From the NCBI GenBank assembly GCA_965112155.1, contig OZ218104.1: a DNA stretch of 64,000 nt; one strand, written 5' to 3'. The DNA is from Podarcis liolepis. Lineage: Eukaryota. The position numbers were made by a program, and so were the translations under genes. The notes beneath the pieces were generated by a model. That model was not told the DNA's origin and searched no databases. It worked only from the letters and a program-made list of their open reading frames with translations. Position 1 is the first letter of the stretch. The number at the start of each line of letters is the position of its first letter. This document shows positions 1 to 12,200 of the stretch, piece after piece.

Positions 1-2998
1 TGGGGCCCTGCAGGCTTTGTTGGACTACAACTCCCACCATCCTTGTCCATTGGCTGTGCTGGCTAGGGCTGATGGGTGTTGAAGGGCTGCAGCTTTCCTG
101 CCCCTGAGCCAGGGTTCTGGATGACGAGCCTTTCCTTGTCTGCCCTTTTGGACTTGGATCGGGGAGTTCTGCAGAGCCCACCTCTGGCTTCACAAGAGGC
201 TTTCTCCCAGGGGATCCTCTTCTTGCCCAGTTCTTCCAAAGAAAGGCAAGCAGGGGTATTCCGGAGTCAGCATTTATTTCCATTGGCTCTTGGCTTTCAA
301 GTTCTGCTTTTTCTCAAAAAATAAATAAAAATCACTTGAAATCAGCCTGCTTTAAATGGACCCCTAGTCCCTGGCACACTCCGGGAATTTGTGTAATGAA
401 GCTTGAAAGAGAAATTACTTCCTTTTTTTTCTTCCTTGCCAAAAAGCTCATTGTTTCCATGCATAGACAGTTTATAAAGCTGACTCATAAGTTTGTTTCA
501 CTATCAAATAAAAGGCAGATAATAGAACAATCTTTTAACTCTTCTCTGGCATCTTTGATCAGCAATAAGGGCAACAAATTAAACTGTGTTTCTTTTAATT
601 TTTGGTCATGGGAAGCCCTGCTGGGCCCTTGCTCATTCTCTCCAAAATTCTTTCTCACACAATGCTTTGTAATCCTTTTCAATCCTTTGTAATCCTTAAA
701 TGGGACTAAAGCTCAGTTATGAATTTGGAATAGCTTCCCCTACCCCACCCCAACCCAGGAAATGTAACTCTTTAAGTATAACTTAACTTTGGCCTCTTTT
801 AGTTTCCTCTCTGTTCTTGCCACTCACATGCTCAGGATATCCACCACCTAAGCCAAGAGATCCACTGCAATTGAATGACAGATCACTAGGCATGAAAGTA
901 GGGCAAGATAAACTCTTCAGTGTGTTCAAACAACTTAAGATGGAAAACATTTTTGTCTGTGAAGCATTTTTCTCACGGAACTGCTTCACTCTTCTTCCTC
1001 CCCCTGCAAAGTGGAAAGAAGGGGGCAGGTCAAACCCATGGGGAAACTTTCCAGATCTCTTGTCTGTGTGTGTGAGCGACAGAGTTAAGTTCTTCAGCTT
1101 TGGCAATTATACAACAGCAGATACCATGAACAGTTGAGCCTCCCTCTCTGTGGCCAGAAGTTGATTGTCTGGAGCTACAAAACATGTACCTTGCTGCCTA
1201 CCCACCGCCCCTGTTGTGAAAAGGCAGTTGAATATTTAATGCATTTTGTGTGTCTCCTTTATGTTGTGTCAACAACTTAAGGCTTTCGCGCCTGCCCAGA
1301 GGCCAGGCCTTAAGCCCCATCTCTGTGTTGGCTGAGTGTCAAAGCATGCATATTGAATGAGGAAGGGCTGAGAGGTCAAGAAGAGCTGTTGCCACAGCAT
1401 GAAAAAGCCTCAGGCTGGTGGCTTGCCTTTGCACCCAGTGGCCATAGCTGCACATGTGGAGCTGCCTCTAGGGGGCAGAAGTGAACCTGTTTGTCCGTTG
1501 CTTTCAGATACTACCACCTGCTGTTGCTTTCCCCCTTGTTTGGGGTATGTGCGCTTGTCCTGTCTGCCCTTAACCAGTCTGTTTAGGGTGCTTAGCTGTG
1601 ATTTTCATTTGCATGAATAGCAGAGCTAAAGGCTGTGTTCGGCTGATCACCAGAAAGTAAGTTGTTCTTGCAAAGAGCTTGCAGGTTTTGCTGTAATTCT
1701 CACATGACAGAAGAGAACAGCATTTTCCTTCTGTCAGTAGCCTTTGTGGTCCTCCTATTTCAGCTTGTTTTGGCAGGAGAGTCAAGGCAGCACAACTCCC
1801 AAAGCTTCCTTTTGATTCTCCCACACTTCATGCTGCTGTTGTACACTGAAAGATTTGATTTAGAGGATAATCCTCATTTTTCTGTGCTGTGGTTTTAGGC
1901 CTCTTCTCTGATTACTGTCTCCAATGATCCGTCCTCTCACTAGAGAATATTCTGCTGTTCAGTAATAAATCATGTTGCCCTTTATGCAGCCTGTCACTTC
2001 TGTTAAAAAATTAAAGCTGCTGTACATCTGAGCGTTACAAATCTGAGGCTTTTATTTATGATGAATTCTGCTCAGGCCTGCATCCTACTACTCTAAATCA
2101 AGCCTTCTGTAACCTAGTGTGCCCTCCAGCACTTTCAGAGCTCAACTCTGATCAGCCCCAATATCCAACGAAGTAACTATTCTACCAACTGGATCAGCCC
2201 CAAGGTAACCGCACATTGCAGAAATCTGGCTGTTAAAGCAACTTTCTGTGTTGCAACATGACAATGAATAATCAAGGCTGCCTTGCGCTGACACTTTCAT
2301 CCTGTTCAGAATGATCCTGGTGGAGGCACAATGGAGTCAGCCTGGTGTGAGAAAGAGTGTACCTTACTGTTATATGGGGAGTGGTCGTGAGGTATGTGAG
2401 CACTTCTACCCATAGCAGTAGCATCCTGGTAAATGGGGAGTGAGGAGTAACATGGGGAATGAGGTCTATTCTATTTGGCTTGTTCCTGCTCTGCATAAAC
2501 CAGATCTCTTCTCTTGGCTATGCTAGAGTGTGATGAAGAGATGCTAGGCAGTCTTTACACCAGGCAGATTCTGAAGTAACAAGTGCACGTTCATGCTCTC
2601 ATGTTAATAGTGGCTATATTTTCACCGCTTATTCTTACATTGTATGTTTCTAGATCTGAATACCATATTGGATTAGTTTGACAAGAGTACCTACCTTGTC
2701 ATACTTATCAGTACTGGGTCAGACTCTGCGTTGTCCTTTCTCACAAGCCTATAGGAAAATTAGAGCGACTTTGCCTATTTGTCCAAAGCTGCCTAAGCTT
2801 CCTTTTTTTGTATACCAGTAGAAGTGGAGTGAGCGGATGACAAGGGCAGCTTTCTGAACTTGGCTCTGTGGAGAAAGGCAGAAGCAGAACTTTCTGGGGA
2901 AGGAGAGAGCCATTATTCCTTTATCCAACTACAGATTTCACTTCAGCCTCCCCATCACAAATGGAAGCTACAGCTGGGATCAAAATAGTGATAATAAC

Positions 2999-3023
2999 AT
3001 TATTATTATTATTATTATTATTA
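2999..3023. repeat. (ATT)n microsatellite
   Basis: About 8 ATT units. Confidence 0.9.
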
Positions 3024-3459
3024 CTCTCCCTCCCTCTTTTTTTTTTTCCTTCCTTTATTTCTTACACAGCATTACAATTTGAATTCCATGGAAAACAAAT
3101 TGTATTTCGATAAAATGCAATATAAGAAACAAAAGGAGCAAAAAAAACCACCCCATGCTGTTTTAAAAATATGCAACACCTAAACACACCGCATTACAAT
3201 TACTATAACAGGCAGGAAAGACGTGAAGTGTTCTGCCAATAAGACCCTTGGCCATTTTCAAGTGGATTATGGAGGAGGACGGAGTTTGGAAACCAGTTTG
3301 CTAGAGCAGACTGGGAGACTTTTGGCCCTCTAGATGGCGCTGCCCTACAAATCCCAACAGCCAGCATGTGGCGGGATGATGGGAGTTGCCGGTCAACAAC
3401 ACCCGGAGGGCTCCCCCACGCAGGTTCCTTATCCCTGCTACCCAAAGCTCCCAGCTCCA

Positions 3460-4170
3460 ACCCGCGACACCTCTAGGCCTTGTTGTGACAGGACTTTGTC
3501 TTCCTGAAACCCCGGAGAGCCGCTGCTGCGAGTCAGCGAAGACTATAGTGGACTGACTCGGCCCAAGGCCGCCTGTTCTGTTTCTTGCCCCTGAGGGGGC
3601 GCGGCTAGGCCTCAAGAACTACGACTCCCAGCATGCCGCGCGTACAGGGGAGGGCGCCGCTGCAGCTGCCGCCGCCACCGCCATGTGATTCTCGTCAGCT
3701 GAGCAGCCGGTGTGGAAGGAGGTGGGTAAGCGGGGTTGCGGCAGCCAAGGAGGCTGCAGGGCCGCTCCTGGCGAGCCTTCTTCGCCCCCACTCCGGGCTG
3801 AAGGCGCCCTCCCTTGCAAGCAGAAAGCTAGCTTGCCAGGGAGACGAAGGGGCCGCCGCTGCGGTAGCGGCAAGCGCATCTGTGGGGGTGCCGCGGGGGG
3901 CGGGATCCCAGCCATCATCCACTTTGGAGTAGAAGCTGCGGCTCCCCGGCACGCTGGAGCGAGCCGGCCAGCCACGATTTGAATGGGCTGAGCAGCTAAA
4001 GGGGTTGCGGGGTGTCTCCTTCCCAGCCCCGAGATCATTAAGCCCACAGCTTACAATGGCCTGCCGGCTCCCTGTCTAGCCCTTCGCCTCTCCCTGCTGT
4101 GGGTGAGTCAGGGAGAGGCGCCTTCTCTGCGCTCTGAAACTCGCTGAGCGACCTTGGCTCGGATGTCATC
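3460..4170 (+). promoter_or_regulatory. SLC38A7: CpG island / promoter and non-coding first exon of SLC38A7
   Basis: Sharp rise in GC and CpG. ZNF143/SBS-type motif ACTACGACTCCCAGCATGC at 3618-3636. Candidate donors GAG|GTGGGT (3721/3722) and TGG|GTAAGC (3725/3726). Boundaries approximate. Confidence 0.75.
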
Positions 4171-5994
4171 TCTTAGCATTGTCTGCCCTACAGGGCTGTT
4201 GTGAGGATTAAATGGAGGGGAGGGGATGACTCTACCTTGAATCCCTTGGAGGAAAGTTGAGCCTAAAATGTAACTCACAAGTGAACACATTGGGGAGAGC
4301 TTTGTGGGTAATTTTTCTCTTCCAGTGAGTTTCTCTGCCTTATGCCTAGGCCTGTAAGATTTTGAATCTGTGGCTCCCACCAAGCCAAGTCACTGGCCTG
4401 TCACTGTTGGCTCTGAAGCTTTTCTGCTCAGATTTGTGTCAACAAATCTGCCAGAAATAATAGGAGGAAACATCTGACACTCATAATTTTCCATTTAAAA
4501 CTTGCTGGCAGAGAGGAAGAGAGGTAAAGGGGAATGAAGTCATTAAAATAATGTTTGTGGTAATCCTCACAGGATTGCTGAACAGTTTCTTACTATGAAG
4601 AAATGAAATGAAGAAATGAAAATTAGAAAGTGTTATAAAGTACCCAGGTATGAGAGAAGTAACTGAAGGAGAGGTTATAATACAGTACCATAAAGTCAGG
4701 TGAATAATTGGATGAGCTTCAAATGCTTCAAAGGAAATGTGAAATTGGCTACAGAAACATTCAAAAATCATAGTTTGAATGATTTCTCTACAGGTTGTAG
4801 AGAAATGGGTGAAGATCCTACCATTTATTTATTTATTTGTAGCATCCCATTTCAACCACTCCTTGTTTTTGTTATGTAATTTTTAAAAAATATGCTTTTA
4901 AGAAAAAAATATAAATCACTTAATTTAAATTTTTTTTTGAAGTGGTGTGATTAAATAATTATCAATATCCAAGTCACTTGCATTTCTTTAATTGTGAATC
5001 TTATCTAGAATGTTGTATAATGACAGAAGATTTTTCTGAAACCTACACTAGTTTGTTAATCTTGGGGGGAAGGGGGGTTTAAATTTAAACAGAACAAATT
5101 ACTCACTCCTGCTCCTCAGAGATTTTAATTCCTCTTGCTGATTACCAAAAAACACACACGCTTCTGTATGGCTGATTGAGGAGTTGAGGACTAAGCTAGG
5201 TGATGTAAGCAAATAATTTTTTTAAATGGTTTTACCGCAACAGTGGATATGCAATAGAAATTACGAGGCTTGGGAGGAGCAAAACTGATTTTTTCACCAG
5301 TTGAGAAATCTTTCAGCTCCACCCTGTGGTTTTGTAGCTTTCCCCCCAGAAATCCAATTCTAAACTTTGCCCAGCATGAGCAAAACAGCTTTTTTGCTGA
5401 GTTGTAGAGGGAAGTGCTTATGTAGCTGGTTTCTCTAGCAGCCCACAAAAGAGGATAAGCAGCAATGGAAGACCTCTTCAGTTTTTCTTGTTTTAGCCAT
5501 TGCAAAGGAATATTTGGGTGCTGAGCACTTGGAGCTTGGTGCCGTGGGAGCTGGGCCACAGGTATGCTAGGGCCAAATTTTGAATCTTTGTGAAGATGGT
5601 ACTGAGCGGGAATAGCTTCCTGGGTCTCCACTTTGGATTCTGAGCTCTTAGCAGTTGCTGCATCCTTTAAAAATCACGATGCCCAGAAACGAGTTTTTAA
5701 ATGATCCCCTCCTGCATGGGTTTTGAGGTTTTCTGTGAGCAGGGGCCTGTATTTCCCCTCCATCTGCTCAGAGCTGACTCTTTCCTTTGGTTTCTTCTAG
5801 GGCCATATGACCCACCAAACTGCGAGCAGCCCTGCTTGTGACATTATTCTGAGCTCAGGCATGTCTCTTCTATATGCCACACATCCATGCCTGTCAGGAT
5901 AACACTTGGTGCTTCTCGGAGTCGGGGGGATGCAAAGTGTGGTTCGTTGGATACAGATTAGCCTGCCACTGAGTGGCCCTTTCCAGCAGAGGAA

Positions 5995-6255
5995 ATGTCT
6001 GAAGGCCACTTGGGGATCAACACCGAATATGGTGACTGGGAATGGAGTGCGGATGCTGGCGAGAGGGCCCGGCTGCTGCAGAGCCCCAATGTGGAGACGG
6101 GGCCCAAGGGCAACGAAGAGCGTGGACCTGCCGCAACCTCAAAGCTGGGAGCTGTCTTCATTGTTGTGAACGCGGCCCTGGGTGCCGGCCTCCTGAACTT
6201 CCCAGCAGCCTTCAGCATGGCAGGCGGAGTGGCTGCAGGAATCACGCTGCAGATG
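5995..6255 (+). CDS. SLC38A7: SLC38A7 coding exon 1 (exon probably starts at the acceptor at 5801)
   Basis: [28 protein letters not shown]...AAGITLQM, then GTGAAA donor. Confidence 0.93.
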
Positions 6256-9200
6256 GTGAAAGCAGGGAGGGTGTGGGGATGAGGGGAAACGTGTGGGCGG
6301 TGGGAAGGGATCCATTTGGGAATGTGCAGAGTGTGCTGGTGCTCTTTCTCATTTGGCCTGGCTGGAGCACAGCTTGATGTGGGCGGCTGTGAAGGTCTTG
6401 TGACGGTCACCAACTTGGATGGCTTTGAAAGAGAACTGGGCAAATTCACAGAGAAGCCTTTCAGTGGCTGCGAGGAACAATAGCTATGCTCTGCCTCCAC
6501 TGTTGGAGGGAGTAATGCTTCTAAATCTGGAAGTCACAGGTGGGGAGGGTGCTCTTGTTTTTGGGTTCTACTTGCAGGTGAGAACAGGATGCTGGACCAA
6601 ATGGGCTCCCCTTGACCTGATCCAGCAGGTGGTTCTTAGGCTCTTAAAAGTATTTTAAAAAATAAACTTGCAGCTATAGAATGTCCAAAATATTGCCATG
6701 GGGACAATGTAGCCTTCCCCAAGTAGGTGCCCTCTAGATGTTTTGGACTGCATCTCACATCAGCCCTAGCATCATAACACCAGTGCTGGCTGGAAAGCCA
6801 GGTTGGCAGCAGGTTGGAAAGCTAGAATAATTGAAACTATATATGGAGCAGGAGAGAGCAGGAAAGCAAGACAGGAAATGAGTTAAAAAAATATATGCCC
6901 AGAGCTTTTTATTGTTTTCAGTTTGCCCGCTGGTGCCTGCCACTCATCCCATGGTGCCACTCTTCCCTTTTCTGCTGCAGTGCATGCTGGTTTTCATCAT
7001 TGGTGGCCTGGTCATCCTGGCCTACTGCTCCCAGGCTAGCAATGAGCGCACCTACCAGGAGGTAGTGTGGGCCGTGTGTGGCAAAGTCACCGGGATCCTG
7101 TGCGAAGTGGCCATTGCTGTCTACACCTTTGGCACCTGCATTGCCTTCCTCATCATCATTGGAGATCAGCAGGACAAGAGTGAGTACTGCTGGGAAAGGA
7201 GGAGGCCTGTTTGGGCTTTTGTGCCCTTCCCTCTTCCCTCATTTTGAAATCTTATTGGGAAGACAAGGTTTGATTGAGCTCCACTGGGGTTTGACGTGTA
7301 CTCGGCCTTCTGTTTCTGGTACTGTGAGAGGCTTGAAGCTGCGCCCCCTCCTTTGTTTTGTGCAGCTTGCAGAGAGAACAAGAGCTGTACAACCTAGAGC
7401 TTCCAACTGCCTGTTTTCGGCTCTGGCTTCATCCACCATGGCTGCAGCTCCTGATTTACTTTTTTCTGTAGGTCAGGTGTAAGAACCTGTGGCTCTCCAG
7501 ATGTTGCTGAACTGCAACTCCCACTAGCCCCTGTAGCCAATGGCCAGGGGTGATGATAAAGAGTTGCAGTTCAGTAACATCTGGACAGCTAAAGGTTCTT
7601 TCCACACTAGAAAACTCACAGAATTATGCCACAAGAGGAGGTCCTGTTTCCTTTGTAGAGGGCGTACTCTGTAGCCTTCAGAGGAATTACAGCCTGGGGG
7701 GCTATATAGAATAACTGCCTATGCTGTTTTTCAGTATACAGAATACTTTAAGTTACAGCATTTTGCCCTCACAACCGCTCTGTGTGGTGAGCAAGGCTGA
7801 GGGAGGATGGCTTGCACCCAGGCCACCAACCGAACTTTGTGGCTAATACCCACCACATTCACACTAGACTGCCACACAGATACATTGAATAGGTTGGGCA
7901 CCAGCTGCCTGTTCAGCCTCCTGCCTGTGAGTTTCTTGGCAAGTGTGCCCCTGACTACTTGGGGGGTGGGGCTTGCACATAGCAAAAGGCGCTCAGCTCC
8001 CCTGTCTCAGTAATTGTGCTCTTGAATTAGGCTACCCTTGCTGGGGAGCAGGGAGGGCTGTGCTGACTCCTAGGCATGCCTCTTGCTGGCGGTGTCTGCT
8101 GAGTGATGAAAAGGGTTTCTGCCAGCATTGCCTTCATAGCGTCATGAATCACAGGGTCAGAGGGAGCTACCATTAACCTGGTGCCCTCCAGATAGTTTGA
8201 ACTTCAACTTCTATCATCTCTGACCATTGGCCATGCTGGCTTTGACTGATAGGACTCGTAGCTCCCAAAGTCTGGCGACTGGTGTAGTCCAGCGCAAGAA
8301 ATCCAGAGCTTCTCTTGCCTGGGTTCTGGTGTTCTGTACACTTTCTATAACACAAAATTTCCCCTTAGTTCCATGCCAGTTGCTTTGTGTTTCCTTGGAC
8401 ATAAGAAGTTCAAGTCTCTGTGAGAGTCTTTTTTTGTGTGTGTGTAGCTGTGCACTGGCCTTTGAGCTTTGACTTCCCTCTGCCTGGTGGATTGGGCCCA
8501 GAGGATGATTGCAGTCTCTCTTTGTCTAGTAATTGCAGCATTAATGAAGGACTCCACAGGGGCAGAGAGCGGCCACTGGTACACAGACCGCAAGTTCACC
8601 ATCAGCATCACAGCCTTCTTGCTCATCCTTCCCCTCTCAGTGCCCAAGGAGATCGGCTTCCAGAAATATGCCAGGTAAGCACAGGCCAGTTCTCAGCTGG
8701 CACATATCTTGGCAAATGCTCCTCAGCCACTGCTGCCAACCAGGGTCCTCATGAGATGAAAGTGTGAGGGTGGCAAACAGGCCGTGCCTCTGTGTTGCTT
8801 GCCAGGATGTGTTGCTTGAGTGAAAGACTAGGTGCCATTGAACTGCTCTGTCAAGGGCAGGTCTAGATGCAAAAGGTGGGTGTTAGCATCTCAAGATGAT
8901 CCTTGGAAGGAGATAGCAGCAGCGGCAGCAGCTCCATCACCTGTCCCACTCTCTCTCTTTCTCACAGTTGCTTGAGTGTTGTCGGGACCTGGTATGTCAC
9001 AGCCATCATAATCATCAAATATATTTGGCCTGATGAGAACATCCCAGAGGAAATTACAACGAGGTATGTGGGAGTGATGCTCCTTCAGAAAGAGGTGGCG
9101 CCTTCTTGAGTTGCCTCACTTCCTGTCTTTGTTTTCTGCAGTGGAGAGACCTGACCATTTAATTACTAGACTACCCAATCGAGAGTCTCCAGTTATTTTT

Positions 9201-12200
9201 TAACTATCAATGTAAAAAAGCTTTTCATTTCTGTGGTGGGCACTGTATCTGCCCACTCTTTAAGCTGCTGAGAGGCACATCCCGTTCCTCTGACCTTTGG
9301 CTATCCTTATGCTGGGGACCCATCCAGTTCTCCCCTGCTCAGGACTTGAGAACTTTCAACTATCAGTCAGTGGGGGACACCTGAAAGGAAGAGGGTAATT
9401 CTCACTGTGGGGGAAGAAGGATGCATTAACCCATCCTTTCCCAGCCCGATGCCTTCCATGTTTGGATTTCAGTGGCTGGGCTGGCTAGGGCTAATGGGAG
9501 TTGTAGTCCAAAACATCTGGAGGACATCAGATTTAGAAAGGCTGTGTTCGCGAGTGGAAGGGTTCCAGTTTAGGTATTGTCTGTATAGAAAATTGTAACC
9601 TGACTTCATCCTTGTGAAAATAGAGGTGTGCATCTTAAGATAGATTGATTTCCTTGGAAGTGCCTCTCCTGCATTAATTTTGACTGTCTGAGTTAAAACT
9701 AGATCCTGCCAATCAGTTCTTGACACGTTACTCCCCTCAGGGGAGGAGGTTTTTCAATTCTGAGTAAATGCTGATGGTAGACATTTGCTGAACTACACCC
9801 TGAACTAACATGTGCGTTCCTCTCCACAGCCCCTCCTCTTGGATGTCTGTCTTCAATGCCATGCCCACCATTTGCTTTGGCTTCCAGGTGAGGCTTGTCT
9901 GAAGGCCCCAGGTGGATGTGGGCACATTGAGGGCAAGAAAGTCCACCTCTCTCTGTGCCTCTGTAACCAGGCCTTTGGCTGATTAAACATTCTATGGCCT
10001 TTTAAGTGTGTTGCGGGGGAGGGAGCAGCTATTGGTATTTGTTTTATTATATATTTTGTGTTCTCATTTTGTATTTTTATTTTGTGAGCTGCCCTGTGAT
10101 CAGACGAAGCGCAGCATACAAATTTAATCAGTAATAATAATTGTACCAATGTAAAACCAGTGGTTCAATGTAAAAGAGCTTTTTATTTCTGTGAACAGTG
10201 AACCACACAACTCAATATTTTCTATGCTATCATGGTGCCCTCCGGACTGGCAGGGTCTCTCTGGGGTTTCATTCAGGGGCCTTTCACAGCTCTATTTGGA
10301 GACACGGGGGGTGCAATGGGATGGGGAGAGAGGCAGAATAATCAATCTAAACCCTGACCTTTGTTTCAAGTTTAATTCATTTTTATCTTGGATGAAATTG
10401 TAGTGTTTTCTTTCCTATGGTGTTTATGGTATGTAGCCTTGTCTTTTTCTGTCCATTTTTTTATAAGTAGGATGTGATATCCTAAGTACACTAGTCTCAA
10501 CCTCTTGCAAGAAAGGTTGAATAAGGTGTGAACAGACAGACAAAAGCTTTTGACATGCTCATATGGAGCCTGCACTCCCTACTTTTGACAGATGAGGGAT
10601 AAGGGGAAATGGATTACTGTAGAATAAGAATACAGCTGTCCTAGGAAAAGTTAAGATGGAATTTGGTTCAGAAAGCATTTAAAAAGGGATAATGTGAGTT
10701 ACTTGGGTTCTGGAATGAGGCAGAGGTGGTTCTTATTCTTCAACTGTCTTAAGGGAAAATCAGAGGCCCTGTTATAGCATCCTCCCTCCAGATGTTCATG
10801 GCACCAGGTTGGTGAAGGCTACTTTTTGCTGAATTTGTTGACTGGCTCTTTGGTCTCCAGCTGTGAAAACGTATGTGTGGAAAAACTGCACCTAGTCCAA
10901 AGAACAAGTCTGGGAGAAGGATCTCCTGTGCAAGTAATCACAAAGGCTGATGACTTCTGCGTGATCAGAAAACTTGCATTCTACTCTTCCACACCTAAAA
11001 ACCCTTTCCTATTCCTCTTCTCCCTGGCAGTGCCATGTCAGTAGCGTGCCCGTTTTCCACAGCATGAAGCAACCAGAGGTGAAGCCATGGGGGGCCGTTG
11101 TGACAGCAGCCATGGTCATCGCTCTTTTTGTCTACACGGGCACAGGTAGGCGGGATGAAAAAGAGGAAGCGTTCAATTGCCTCTTCTGAGCTGCAAAAAG
11201 GAGACTGATCCCTAACCCTTTTCCCTCATGGGATGAGAAGTGGCTGGTGGTTGGCTCTGGGTCATTGTGAACCTCTTTCTTCATCATCTTCTCCTCTTCT
11301 TCCTCCTCCTCCTGTTTCCTGCCAGGAGTCTGTGGATACTTGACGTTTGGGTCCAGTGTGGAGCAGGATGTGCTCATGTCCTACCCCTCCAACGACATCC
11401 CAGTCGCCATTGCCCGGGTTTCCATCATCGTCTGCGTTCTCACTTCCTACCCAATCCTGCATTTCTGTGGCCGGTGAGTGTGGAGCGGGAGGAGTTGGTG
11501 GGGCTGGCTGGTGTGAGCCTCAGCTGCTGCTGTGCAGTCCTTGCAGGGGGTGTTGCAGTGGCAGAGGGCAACCCCTAACTCCTCCTTTTGTCTTGGATTC
11601 CTGCCCAGAGCTGTGCTGGAAGGCCTTTGGCTGCGCTACAAGGGGGAGGCAGTTGAAGAAGACGTCGTGCGGGAGAGGAGGAGGCGCCTCTTGCAGACGG
11701 TCAGCTGGTTCCTCCTCACCCTCCTCCTGGCCTTGTTCATTCCTGACATTGGCAAAGTCATCTCTCTCATTGGGGGCCTGGCTGCCTGCTTCATCTTTGT
11801 TTTCCCAGGTAGTTTCCCCTGGCTGACTGTGTATAACAGGGGGGCTCTTATTCTGCTTTTGGTGAGGGGATCTGAACCTGAGGCTGTGAGCAGGGACCCA
11901 TGGAGGTGCCTCCTCCAGCTTGATTTGCCTGAGGAATCAAGGTGCCCCCACTCCAGGGTCCCTGCCCAATGGCAGGGGAGCCTTTCAGGCAGAAGGCTAC
12001 AGAGAGGCAGAGAAACACTTGCCCCCAGGCTGGGGAGTCTCGCTTAGGAGGGGTAAACAGGACAGAGGGACTCAGAAGACCTCAGTTCACTTCTGCTTTT
12101 AGCAGAGCCGATGGCTCCCTTGGAACTTTATTTGGTGATCTTTACTACCAGCCTGGCTCACCTCACCTCGCGGGTACCTGCTCTGGACAGGCCAGAATAT

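Noticed and set aside
1-3000. GOT2 3' end expected from human synteny
   Set aside because: No GOT2 coding exon is recognisable. The AATAAA sites (~320, 507, 1963) are compatible with a 3'UTR but do not prove one.
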